A stretch of DNA of 64,000 nt from Klebsormidium nitens (lineage: Eukaryota > Plantae > Klebsormidiophyceae), in NCBI GenBank assembly GCA_000708835.1, contig DF237129.1, positions 1-64,000 on the forward strand, written 5' to 3'. Of the stretch, positions 1 to 11,844 are shown in pieces (positions within the stretch are counted from its first letter, which is position 1; each line of letters opens with the position of its first letter). The notes beneath the pieces were generated by a model. That model was given only the letters and a program-made list of their open reading frames with translations, did not search any database and was not told the DNA's origin. The translations under genes and the position numbers were made by a program.

Positions 1-358
1 TACTTGGGATCATGGATGATGTGTGTATGCCGTATGAGTGACCTGGAATGACGTATCATTTTCATTTCCGCCGTTAGCCTGAGCGCCTCAGTCTGTTCAC
101 CGACATGATATCGCATCGACATAAGACCGCATGACAATCAAATGTTATCATGCAGCGCTTTCAGTCTGCACCTGGCCAACGTCTGTTGCGCGCAAGCTAA
201 GATAAATGCAAACAGTCCTAAGCCTTATTATCTAAAACACTACCGTCTAATATACAAACAACGTAACTAGAGTTCCTACACAAATATTCTGATTACCGGT
301 AGACGCAAAAAGTGCAAGCCGGCAGAGGAGGTACCCTCCCTGGAGGGCCATGTCCACT

Positions 359-545
359 GGATAATTCTCAAGAAAGATAATAATAAGCCAAGATAATAAT
401 AAGCTCCGACTAACACTAAAAAACCCAAAAAGATACCTGCTCCGCACCCGTACCCACCCTAACCACCAAACCAACCCTACCCGTCCCAGTGCGGTTACCT
501 TATTATTATTATCTTGGGCTTATTTAATTATCTTTCTTGAGTTCA
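359..545 (-). mobile_element. Foldback/MULE-like mini-element: G-rich core, AT-rich imperfect inverted termini, 9-bp TSD
   Basis: ATGTCCACT is directly repeated at 350-358 and 546-554. An imperfect inverted repeat lies at 367-403 and 499-541. Core 439-489 (reverse complement) matches 46202-46252 at 48/51 nt. Confidence 0.65.
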
Positions 546-586
546 ATGTCCACTTGAGTCTGGCAGGCTCGGACCGAATTCCGCGG

Positions 587-670
587 CATTCAATGATTCA
601 GTCATCATTCAATGATTGCGCTGCCCTGTTGCCCGGTCATCATTCAATGATTGCGCAGCCCGGTTGCCCG
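587..670. repeat. 35-bp tandem repeat (2 copies plus a partial) with palindromic ATCATT-C-AATGAT core
   Basis: Units 601-635 and 636-670 read gtcatcattcaatgattgcgc(t/a)gccc(t/g)gttgcccg; a partial unit lies at 587-600. Confidence 0.9.
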
Positions 671-1468
671 GCGCGCGCCTCGAATAGGCCCCGCCGCCCG
701 GAGACAAGCTCCGTGCAGACCGTATACGTGGTTGTTCTACCACGATGGATTAAACAGGTACCGGGTCTAGTAGTACCGGTAGTAGTACCTAATATCAGGC
801 TATCCTAGTGGGTTCCCTCAAATTGCGGCAGATTTAGCGGCGAGCGAGGCAGACCTGGTGCGCGCGTTCGCATCGGCACCTGGCTTGCGGAGTATCATGC
901 CACATGGCACATGCATAGTCACGATAGTGCACAACGTACGCTCGCGGCTTGACTTATCCGGATGTTTCGGTCCAAGTAACATCTTGATGAGTCCTGCTCT
1001 GCAGCCCGAGCTAAGTTACTAGGTAACTGCATGCGGTTTCTTGTTCTGCTCCCAAGTTATGTACTGTTCAAAGTGGCTTTCTGAACAGTTGACTGGTGAT
1101 CAGCAGATCCGTCTCAAAGACACAAGCACAAAAGTGAGGTACGCCATCTTCGTGCGGGGCAGGCAGCTAGTCCGAAAAGAGGCTGTTCCTGCATGTAAGT
1201 TCTGCATTGGGATCGACCTACTAGACTTTCACGTTTCCGTTCCCCTGGGCTCCGCAACAGTCGAGTCAGAGTCACACCAACAATCTACCGTCGCTACGGT
1301 ATTTCCCAGTGATATTCTCAGGACTGGCATCTTTTTCTGATAGCAGCTTTTCGGAGTTAGTGCTGTAGTGCTGCTGCTGAGTTCTCTTTTCAGAAGCCAG
1401 CCCTGACGCATCATTAAATCTGGCCGACTGGAGTCAGCAGCTTTTAAGAGAAAATCCTTGCAAGATCG

Positions 1469-4400
1469 ATGCAGGGCGCCGTCTCTTCCGCTCCACCAAT
1501 GGATGCCCTTGGTCTGCTCAAAAAATCAGTTCCGCTCGCTCGGTCTGCCGTCGTGGCGATCGCCACCATTCTGATCCTCTTTGTTTCTTGTTCTCTGCTC
1601 GTCGCTGATCAAACCCCGCTCCATGTTGGCTCAGGGATCTCCCTAGCATCCGCATCAGCACTAGTACAGAGATTTTTGTCACTCGGGAGCTTAGAAGCAT
1701 ATGCAGAGAGTGTTCAAGCACTGGAGATGGAGATGAAAAATATCAGCGGAAAGGTGGAGAGTTTGAAAGATAGTCACTTAGCGGCACAGCTTGCGATGGC
1801 CGCACTGAACCAAACAGTGCAGTCCAAAGAAGGGGCACTAGCGGCTGAGATCCACAATTTGCAGGCATCAGAGCTAGCGGCAGAGCTCGCATTGGCCACA
1901 TTGAATCAGACAGTGCTGTTAAAAGAGGGGGCATTTGCATCTGAAATTAAGACTCTGCGGGCATCAGATCTGGAGCACTCAAATGCGGAGAGCCATAGTG
2001 CAGTTTCCGAAGAGCGATTAGATGAGAAACCAGAGCATAACATTGGTGCAGAGAAACCAGTGCAGACACAATTGGAGCGGTGCTCTTCAGGAATGTTGCT
2101 AGGGGGTTGGCAAGATTCAACATACATTCCGCTGCCTTTTGATATCATGGACGTATTTCAAGCAGAGGCAGAAGGCAAACTTTCTGCCGAGCAGGAAACG
2201 GGCTTGCAGTATAAAGGGACAGACTTTACATCCGTAGCAGACGCATTTCCCTCTCTTAAGCACAAGCCCTCCAGTGATGGGGGCTTTACTTTCCGACCGC
2301 CCTGCTTCTATCACACATATTCGAAGGGGGAGTTTGTCCGCCTGTTTGCGGGGAAGTGGCTGTACTTTCTGGGAGACTCAAACACCAGGGCGCTCGTTCT
2401 TGGATTGCTCACCATTCTAGATCCCACCCACAACCAGCCGTTTGACGAGCAGCGATGGTTCAACAGCTCGGGCAAAGTCAGATTCCCGCACGTTGAGACG
2501 ATTGATTACTTTTTGAGAGATGACGGGTCGATTTTGTCAAAGTTCGGGGAGACCGGAGGGACCGTTCCGGGAAAGAACGAAGTGCCGTCGGAGCCTTACA
2601 GCGTCCGCATCAGCTTTCGAATGCAATCGGTGAGTCGTCGACGTCTAGACTGGCAGGGTTGAAGGAACTTTGGAAAACCTGACGCGCGATAAGGCGTTGT
2701 GCCGGACTTCATACAGTAGTAACATACAGTAGTAACATACAGTAGTAACATACTGAATCTTCAGTGATCTCATTCCGATTGGAAAATTGGGGCTAAAACG
2801 GGTTGCTCGTGCTTGAGTCATCTGTCTGAGCTATGAAAATAACAGAAGGGTATAGAAAATAATGCCAAGCGCATCTCGGTTCTTCCTGAATGAGAGTCAA
2901 GGTGTCTCGATCCTTTTCAGATATGACTTATTTAGGGGCGAGCACGAGCTCTTGCCACAACTTGAATGTTGCATATCCGGCTGAGCTTGAGAGCTACTCC
3001 CTAAATCTGTTAAGCTTGAACTAAGAGGAATCAACTTTCCAGCTTTCTGATTAACCAATCGCAGTCCAAAAGCGCAGAGTTGCTTATCAGTATGACGCTT
3101 CCACATACCCAAAGTCCGACGTCTCCAAACGTCTTATGCAAGACGCTGAGCCGCTGAGATCATTTTCGACTCACCAGCAATTTCGAGGTTGTCACTCCCT
3201 ACCGTCGACTTAGCTTAATAACACACTGGATCGTTTTCCAAAAGGATCTGAAGACTTCGTCCAGCACGTTTTCGGCGCCATAAAAGATAGAAGTCTTATT
3301 CTCCCTATATCCTTTCTTCGTCACAGTTACAGCGCACACTTCCGTAGTTCTGCACAGGACACCCTCAAATCTCCCGTCTGAAGCCCCTGTTCTGTGCCTA
3401 ACAGGATGTGAGGCGGATGCTTTGGTCATTCCCCGACACTCTTGGCGAAGACAACTGGCGGCCCGACTTTTTGTACTTCAACACCGGCAACTGGGACTCG
3501 GGGGAAGCGGTCCACAACAACGTGTCGTGGTCGGTCATCGAAGATGCGTACGGGCCCCTCTTTGAAAAGATTGCGACCACGTGCAAGCCTGAGCGGCAGG
3601 TAAGTCTCTCCTTTTCTTTACGAGATTCGTTCTCGAATATCATTCTCGACTCGAAGCAGGACATGAAGATGCATACGGGCCCCTCTTTGACAAAATTGCG
3701 GCGACGTGCAAGCCCGAGCGGCAGGTAAGGCTCTCCTTTACTTTACGAGATTCGTTCTCAAATGATTATTCTTATCTCGAAGCAGGACATGAAGATTCAT
3801 AAGGGCCGCATTCTAATATGAGGATCGCAGCAACGAGCCCGATCGGCAGGTGAGGCTCTCCTTTCCTCTACGAGTTCTGTTCCCGCCGAATGATTGACTT
3901 TGACTCGATGAAAATCTCATCTCGCAGGTTTGCGTGTGGGGCACTCTCACGAGCAACGTCCACCTGGAGCACCCGTACCAGCACTCGCGCCTCGCGCTCG
4001 CGCAGTGGCGCCAGCTGGCAAGAATTGCGCGCGCGCAGTCCGAAGAGGGGCGTCCGAAGAGCCTGCACGTTTTGGACCGCTTTTGGGCGGCCCACGTCAG
4101 CGACCAAGGGAGGGGGGGCCACTACGGACACGAGGTAAGGCCGATCATCGTCTCTTTGCGCCTGGTGAAACATTGGGTTATCCCCAGGGGTTTGCGTTGA
4201 ACCTGTTGCCATACTAGTGAAAGTGTTGATGCTAACCCTAGTTTGGAACGGTTCGATCTCCTGCCACGTGTCATCGCAAGCCGACAAACGCCAAAGCAGA
4301 GTGATGGCAGACACCACGTCCGACTGACCACAAGGAGGAACCGCCGTCGACCAATGCTGGTTAACAATCGGATACCTGCCCTTCTACCAGGCAGGTACAG

Positions 4401-5323
4401 TATGCGTCTGGTTAGGTGCCCGTAAACCAACACTGGTTAAGGCCGGAGAATTACTGTGAATTGAGTCGATGCGAGCTGCACTCTGCGCCTTGCTTATTGA
4501 CACGCCCATCACTCTACTTACACGGTCACAATTCGTGCTTCAACGTTCCCCTCCAAAGTGCCCGGCTCTTCTGCTGGCGTTGTGGTCATAGAAAGAAGAG
4601 ATCTGAATCTCGCCACTTGTGCTTTTGTTTCGAGCGGCCAGCTACCTTTCGCGAGTGCTTTTCGCCAAACCCGGTATTGTACCCAAAAGAAAGGCAGCCT
4701 TGTTTGTATCATCTTGCGCTCGCCCAAAAGTTGTTCTTAACTAATTTCTCAGCACATTTCGGACGACCGTCCCGGCTGGGAGTCACCCGACGTCCGATGT
4801 CTACTCCAAGGTTTTCGCGTTCAATATCAGTTGCTAGTTTTCACGTCTTCCTTCCGCAGCGGCTTCCATGGGTGGCGGAATCTCCGCGACTTACGGTTCC
4901 CGGATTACCCAACCCTTGACATTATTAGTTTTTCTAGACACTCCATCTATTTCTTAAGGGCTCGTGTCCGTTGGCAGCATATGCTCTCTTGATGGACCCG
5001 CTTTTTATTTGTTTGTTGTGAAGGTCAACACTTGGGACATCCAACGGTTGATGCATGTCTACCACGGCATCGTACGAACGACCGTCGATGTGAAGCCGCC
5101 CAAAAGCAAGCAACTAGAGACGGGGGGAAACAAGCTCCCTGAGTGCACGCTCAAAGTGGACGGGCATCTCGCGAGCGCAAAGTGCGACTGGTTTCCGGAG
5201 TTGGTTACGTTTGGGGACGGGTGCGTCATGGAAAGGACTGACCCGGGGGAGGATGACGGCGGGTTACATATGTGGGAGCGCAACTGCGAAGCGAAAGTTG
5301 TCTACAGCACCGGAGTAGCCTGA
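1469..5323 (+). CDS. Type II membrane PC-esterase / SGNH-like (TBL/PCED-related) putative O-acetyltransferase or esterase, about 620 aa, 4 exons
   Basis: Exons 1469-2629, 3405-3599, 3928-4134 and 5024-5323 are all phase 0 and GT-AG. The protein has an N-terminal hydrophobic anchor, a coiled-coil stem, the motifs PPC...GKWLYFLGDSNTR and PDFLYFNTGNWD, and a C-terminal DQGRGGHY resembling the DxxH catalytic segment of this fold. Confidence 0.75.
2710..2753. repeat. 13-bp minisatellite (CATACAGTAGTAA x3.4) in intron 1
   Basis: Perfect units at 2710, 2723 and 2736, plus CATAC at 2749. Confidence 0.95.
3543..3880 (+). repeat. 125-bp tandem triplication spanning the exon 2 donor site
   Basis: CGGCAG|GT(A/G)AG donors at 3600, 3725 and 3850, each followed by ctctcc...tacgag. 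Confidence 0.85.
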
Positions 5324-6257
5324 GGAGTCTGAGGAGCCCAGCCTAGAGCAGTTCAGGCAGCGAGATCCTCCATTTCAAAGTACTCTATACTCCTGCACTC
5401 TATACTCATGTCATGATGCATCATTGGCAGCAGTTCCGCACATCTCAAACAATGTGCATTCTCGACCGCGGCTCAATAATTGCTCATGAAAGCTGTTCAC
5501 TAAGTTTGAGGCTTGCACGCGACTAAACTAAGAGTTGAAATGGGTTGGAATAGTAAGTTGCTAGCCTGGCAAGACAGGGCCGAGGAGACCTAGCTTAAAC
5601 GGGGTCAGCATGGAAATCCTCAAGCAGATACTCTTACTAGTTCCTTCAAGGAGACCAAATTCTAGAAAACCGGTCTGCCCAAATGAGTTTCTTAACATCA
5701 TCTGATAGAGCTAGCGAACGGAGATCTACTGAGTTTTAGCAGTCACGGCGTTGTACTTGGATGATAGCGAAACTGATCGATGGTGTCATAGGAAAGCTCG
5801 TATACATAAGCTGCGTTGTAGAGGCTGGAGATTCCGTAGAAGCCGGCCATAGACCCGGCCCACGGCTATAGTAAGATGTGGAACCAAATTGAGTTTGCCT
5901 GTCGATTGTGTCCCGCAGTCACATGCAAGCTTTCATGATATAGTCCATCATGAAGTGAGAAATGTGTGGCGTGGTCTGTAAGCCTTGCCTTACAGCGGTT
6001 CGACTCGAATTAAGTACACAACAGGTTCACGCTGCCAGCGCACATCAACCTCAAGAGATCTGGTCAGGAAAGAAGCCGGCGCAGGCAGCCGCGTAAAATT
6101 CACTATCCAAAATTAAGCTGAAAGAATCACGGCGGGAACATCAAACATGCACGCCCTGACAGGAGCACACCGATGCTGTTTGTCAATCAGACCAAAGAAA
6201 GTAATGAGGTTGATTGAAGCATAGCGCTTTGAGAGCTACTTGAAAGGATAATACCTA

Positions 6258-6449
6258 CCGTACCTGTATTTGATTTCGGCCAAAAATAAATAATTACTTG
6301 CCCTGCCGAATTTCGCTGGAAAATATTTTGATGCGATAATGGTCGATAACGGTAGTTTTTAGCAGGTAACGCTAGGTCGGCCGAAAGGATTAAAAGTTCC
6401 ATATTTTATTAATCGGCGTCGAACCTGCCGAAATCAAATACAGGTACGG
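6258..6449. mobile_element. Tc1/mariner-type MITE (192 bp), TA TSD
   Basis: Perfect 26-nt inverted repeat CTACCGTACCTGTATTTGATTTCGGC at 6255-6280 and 6427-6452, including the flanking TA. The interior is AT-rich and non-coding. Confidence 0.85.
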
Positions 6450-6700
6450 TAGTGAAAGAATCTAAAAGAAGTAACAACTACCTTCAGCTTACCTAAGGCA
6501 CTATACTGCATATGCGTGCTACAAGGAACGCCCTATGCTCACGTCTGATCTCATTCAGATTCAAAGCTCTCTTATAAGCTGACTAGTACCACTTCGAACG
6601 CGTTTCGCTGCCAACTTTTAAATCGACTCTCAGCATGTGAGATGCACGCTTTGTGAAGAATGAACTCAATGATGTTTATCTGCCAGCGCACGATCATGCG

Positions 6701-9700
6701 CTATGCATCTTCCGACTCTTGCAGCGCCAGATCCATCATCAGCTTCCGTTTCCGCAGGTACGACTTGTCCACACTGCAATCACAAAGCGAACGATAACCA
6801 ACTCTCATGCTCGCCCGCATTATCGAAAATTTTCAACAAACAAGCATCCCCTAGATTCCCAGCCGCTCTTTCAAAACCACAAAGCCACACAACACGATTG
6901 GCGAACCGGCTAGCGGGAAGTCAGTCTTAAAGAACTGCTTGTCCTCGAGCCTTTTCCCCTCGCTTTCCTGTTCTCTTCAAAATTTCTTGAGGTGATGAAA
7001 AACAGCTCTGCACTGTAGACCAGGCATAGATCAGTCGTCTCAATTGAGACTGTCGTACGTGGATATCATGGAGAAGAGGCTCTTGTTGAAGTGAGAGTGT
7101 TGACCCTTGAAGCACAAGCAGATTTGACCATGCGCTCTGAGTGCTGAGCCTTCCTCACCTGTTCAACATTGGCCGCCCTTTTTCGTCCGAAATCGACATT
7201 GGATCGAAGCCGGGCCCCCCCGGCCTCCCTCCGGTGGCAGCCCTCCGGACGCCCGTGGACGGCTGACCACCGTCCGATTGCGGGTTCGTATCTGCACGGG
7301 GCAAGCAGCCCTTCCAATTGATTGGAAAGTGCAAAAGAAGTCCTGACCACCACGCAACAGAGAGGGCAATCGTTGCTGAGACTAAGGTACACCAGGTGGA
7401 ATAGGCAGCTCTAAGAGACATTAAAGAATGAAAATCGCCGCGCAAACACAGGACAACCACCGCACCTTTTAGGGGGCGCAGGACCCTTCGATTCTTCCAA
7501 CCAAATTCGACATCCTTGCAAAGCTCGTAAGCAGCTCCGAGCGGCTCTACCAGAACCAAGAGTCTGCACATAGTCCACCAGGTGCGTTCCAACGTGAACG
7601 GCCGTCACGGGCTTACCAAGGTTCGGGAAGGATATCCGCCGACTTTTATGGGCCGGGGACAACACGACTGGCGACCTATCCTGCGCGTCATTATCGCCGC
7701 TTGCTCGAATTGGCGGGCGGGGCAACCTGTCGGGCTTGGTGGGGGCGGGACCTGTGCTAAAATACCTGCGCAAGAGCAGAAGAGAACGGTCAGTCGAGAG
7801 TTTCAAACCCTGTTGGAGCTTGCTGGGAGTTGTACCTAAAGCATGGCGATATGGGCTGGGGCTTGTCTGCGCACTGAAGTTAAGTCGCTCGGATGGCTCC
7901 CTTTGGATGGCTCTTGTTGACGACGGAACCTCGCTTTGTCTTCTTGGGAACGAAGCGAATACCTCTGAACTGGTATGCTCTAGGACAAAGCCGCGCTAAA
8001 TGTACTACTTCCAGCAATCTAGGAACGCCCTTCCGACAGACACCAATCTTAAGGCAGCGGCGTGGAACCCCGGGATTCATATAGACCACTCCGTACATTA
8101 CGAGACGAGACCATCGAGTTTTCATGCCGGCTGTCTCAACATGCCCCTACAAACAGCGCACAGCCTCACCTATGGCTCAGCGCGGCCTCGGCCGAGATCC
8201 GTTTCCGGGGATCGTACGTGAACATCTTTTGCAGGATGTCGAGGCAATCCTCGCTGACGTTGGGGAAGAGCTGCCGGAGGGTGGTGGGCGGGCATGGCAC
8301 GAACTCAATGTAGTCGGGGAGTGACGTCATGCCGGGCCAGACGGCCTCGGTTGGAGTGCCGAAGGCGGCGAAGATCTGGAGGCAGACGGGAACAGTGAAT
8401 GGAGGGGATGAAACAATGTTGGAGCCGGTAGAGAGCTGGCTGCGGGACTCTGCCTAAGGATGCAGAGTTGCGGTATATTACTACCGATGAGATGCTCAGT
8501 CGTCCAATGAAACCCAACGGCAAGTACAGAAAAAAGATCGAGCAGAGACGCTTCTTAGGCTCAACTCTTGCACTTGGCAATCCTCAAACTGGTCAGAAGC
8601 AAGTAGCCCGCATCTCACGAACAACTCTACAAGTAGACGACCAAACCACAAGGGACTTGGGAGGGCGAGGCAACGACAGGGTATGAAAGCGCCGCACCTT
8701 TCCTAGTTGGTCCATATCGCTCTCGCCGAGCAGGAACGGACGCCGCAAGATAAGCTCCGCGAAGATGCACGCGAGCGCCCAGATGTCGACGCCGGGCCCG
8801 TACTGCTTGCTGCCAAACAGCAGCTCGGGGGCGCGGTACCAGCGGGCGAAGACCTGGTGAGTGAACACACGGTCCGGGGAGCCAAAAATGCGTGCAAGGC
8901 CAAAATCCGCCTGCACGACAAAGACTTCGACTTCATGTCAAGGCAGAGTTCGGGCTGAAAGCCTGAATTGGGCAGAAAGCAGAAGTTTGATGCTATTCCG
9001 AGGGGATTGAAATGAAGATTTGAAAGAGGGTAGGAGGGATGATCAGACGTCCTTTAAGGGTGTGTCGAGCAGAAAAGTTTCAAAATTTCTGCGAGGTTGG
9101 CAAAGTGTTGTGTGATTTGGCCATGGGTTTGTGGTCTGGAACTCTTTTACACAGGCGAACACAGGCAATCATGATAGCATTAAATGCCAGAGCACCTTCT
9201 GTGTATGATGGTTGATTGCTTTCAAAACGTGTGTTAAGCAGAGAACCACGTCATACTTTCAAAGCGTTTTCAGCTAGAAAGTTCCAAGTTCTTGAAAGGA
9301 AGCAGTGCCATTGGGTGTGAATGCTGAGGCCCCTTGGGAACCTGACTCGCAAGCCCCTTTTAAACGATGACAAAGGCGGTCTTACCAGCTTCATCTGGCC
9401 GTCCGTGGCAATCAGAAAGTTGTTGGGTTTCAGATCTCGGTGTAGGACCCATTTTCGGTGGCAGAATGCAATGGCCTTCAGAGCCATTTGCATGTACGAC
9501 TTGATGTCGGCGGGGGACAGCACAGTTGAGCGGTCCTTGATGACCTGCAATTAAAACGGGTTTTAAGGTCTTGGAATCATTCTTGATATAAAAGTACCGA
9601 GCAGCATAGAGTTGGCTGTCAGACAGTTAGGTGTTCACGTTCAATGCTGATCGGCTAAGCTAAAGTGGATTCTGAATCTTGCAGGCCTTTGCAAACAGGC

Positions 9701-10769
9701 TCAGGAAATTGTGCTTTGCATGGACACTTTGAGAAAAGACAGCCGGCCGAACCTGCGGATGCGAATCGACCGAGGCGCAAAGGTCAAGGCGACAAACACC
9801 CTCCCTCCTACTTGTGAGCTTTTGTCAAAATCTAGGTGTGGCACCGGCCAACATGACGTTACATTTTAGGGCCAGAGTGGGAAAGCTCACCCCCTCAAGG
9901 TCGCTCGTCATGAACTCAAACACAAGGTTCAGGTTTTTTTTCTTCGGATAGACGTCGATGAGCTCGATCACATGCGGGTCGTGCAGTTCCTTCAGCAGCT
10001 TGATCTCCCTCAGCGCCGTGACGTTGACGCCCTCCTTGTACTTGCCCAGCCGAATTTTCTTGATGGCCACTATTCGCCCGGTCTGAATGATATAGCAACG
10101 ATTGGTAGCTTAGAACGTACCATCTGCCAAACAGGATAGTTACAGAGAAGCGAGGCCTCCTCAATCTTAGGCCTAATTGAAACAACGGAAGGTCGCTAAG
10201 TGTGAGAGATAGAAGAACGATTGAGCGACTCGGAAGCATACACAGACTTGCCTAAAGGGCAAGCCGAGCTTCCTGGTTGCTTGGCAGGGACCTGTGAAAA
10301 CTTTGCTTTTTTAATGTTGGGACAAACAACAATACTGATTGCACCGCTTATCAGAGAGTATGGAAGCGATGCGCAGTTGGTGCACCACCTTTCAAAGCTA
10401 CTACCGTCCCTTTTGCAAGATGCTAAACCGGCATATGCTCACAAAAGTGGCAGCAGGCTATGGATCCACCTGTAAAATTACTGGCCCTGGAAAGCTGACT
10501 CTGTAGGCCAGCTGGGTCAGCAGGGGGGGCCAGCTGGACAAATAGACTTCTAGACAAGCTGGAGTGTCAGATTTCTTAAGAAGTTGGGGTAGGAAGCTGC
10601 AATCAGACAAAAGTTCACCACAAAAAGTGATTTTCTTGTCATTAAACATTAACGGCTACCGAATCATCAGTCTCACCACTTTGTCGGTTGCTTCAAACAC
10701 GGTCCCATAGGTGCCTTCACCGAGGGTCCTTCCCTTCTCATACCGCTTTGCACCGACCAAGTCCGACAT
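6701..10769 (-). CDS. CDKD: Cyclin-dependent kinase D (CDK7/CAK ortholog), 405 aa, 8 exons
   Basis: Exons 10769-10677, 10082-9891, 9544-9386, 8910-8698, 8375-8170, 7765-7617, 7291-7159 and 6773-6701 are phase-consistent. Motifs: GEGTYG, NVTALRE (CDKD-type cyclin-binding helix), [36 protein letters not shown] and C-terminal [14 protein letters not shown]. Confidence 0.95.
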
Positions 10770-11184
10770 GGTGGCGTGAGAGAGGCTTCTGGAAGTTCAC
10801 ATGAAGCCACTCTCAGGGACCAGCGCAGTCCCTTAAACACTTTGTCTTGCTGAGGGATGAGGGGTCTCGCATGGGATCACTAACAGGTGCCCTCTCCGAG
10901 CAGAGACTAGTTCATGTGAGCCGATGGAAATTTATGCAGATGTTAGATAGTTGTTCAACTAGACCTGTCCAGAGGTAGCCACTCTGCCATGCGCAGTGCT
11001 TGTCTTGATAAAGCGGGACGCTTCTACAATGGGACTCAACAGGGGGCGTCTACATAGAAGGTGGTCGGCACTCAACACTTTGAAGGTACTAAATCATCGA
11101 TCTCTGACTGGGCAACAACAAAAGGGCAGGTCAAAGAGCTCCAGAGCGCCTGAGAAAGACGCCTTTCTCCTGCCTTCTTCCTGC

Positions 11185-11223
11185 TTCAAGTTCAAGTTCA
11201 ACTTCAACTTCAACTTCAAGTTC
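11185..11223. repeat. Hexanucleotide microsatellite TTCAA(C/G) x6
   Basis: Six consecutive units between the divergent CDKD and DPH6 start codons. Confidence 0.9.
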
Positions 11224-11844
11224 TTCCCTCATTCAAATTGTCAAATCTGTTCAGTGTTCAGTTTTCGTGCCAGTCCGAATGTACCTAAGGCTAGAGCGCT
11301 CCGGATGTAAAGTGCCCTGATCGCCTGCTTATATTTCATATAACCGGCAGGTAAGGGCGTCTTTGTTTCAGAACATGCGAATTTAGGCAGTCATAGCCTG
11401 TAGGATGAACTTGACACAATTCATTCCAACGTTGTTTTGAATGCTGAAAACTGACAAGCAGACCCTTCAGCTTATGGCTTGTGTCAAATCTGCTTATAGC
11501 CACACAAAGGGCCGTATCAGATATTCCTGGGCAGGATTCCAGCTGGCTCTGGCGCTGCCCTGGCGCTGCATTGCCCTCGAGGGCCCTCGCATGTCAACGC
11601 ATTGATTTGGTGCCACTGGTGGCGACAAGCGCTAGCATAGCAAAGCTGTAGCAGCCGGGGCTGGCGGTGGGTTCGAAAGGGCCAGGAAGGCAGTAGCAGA
11701 AGTGATGCAGCCAGGCAGTGCCACAGCGGGCACCTTGGAAAGGACATCACGCTTTGCAATGGTGGTGCAATTGCATGAGATTCAATCTGTACAGAAAGGT
11801 TGAAGCAGAGAAAATACCTGAAAATTTTCGAAGTCGCTGACAAG

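Noticed and set aside
587-670. 35-bp repeat as a CRISPR array
   Set aside because: Units are directly adjacent with no spacers, there are only two full copies, no cas genes are present, and the context is eukaryotic.
3307-3404. ATATCCTTT as a U12 (AT-AC) 5' splice site creating an extra exon in the PC-esterase gene
   Set aside because: There is no properly spaced U12 branch point, and the gene joins cleanly in frame (2629 to 3405) without it.
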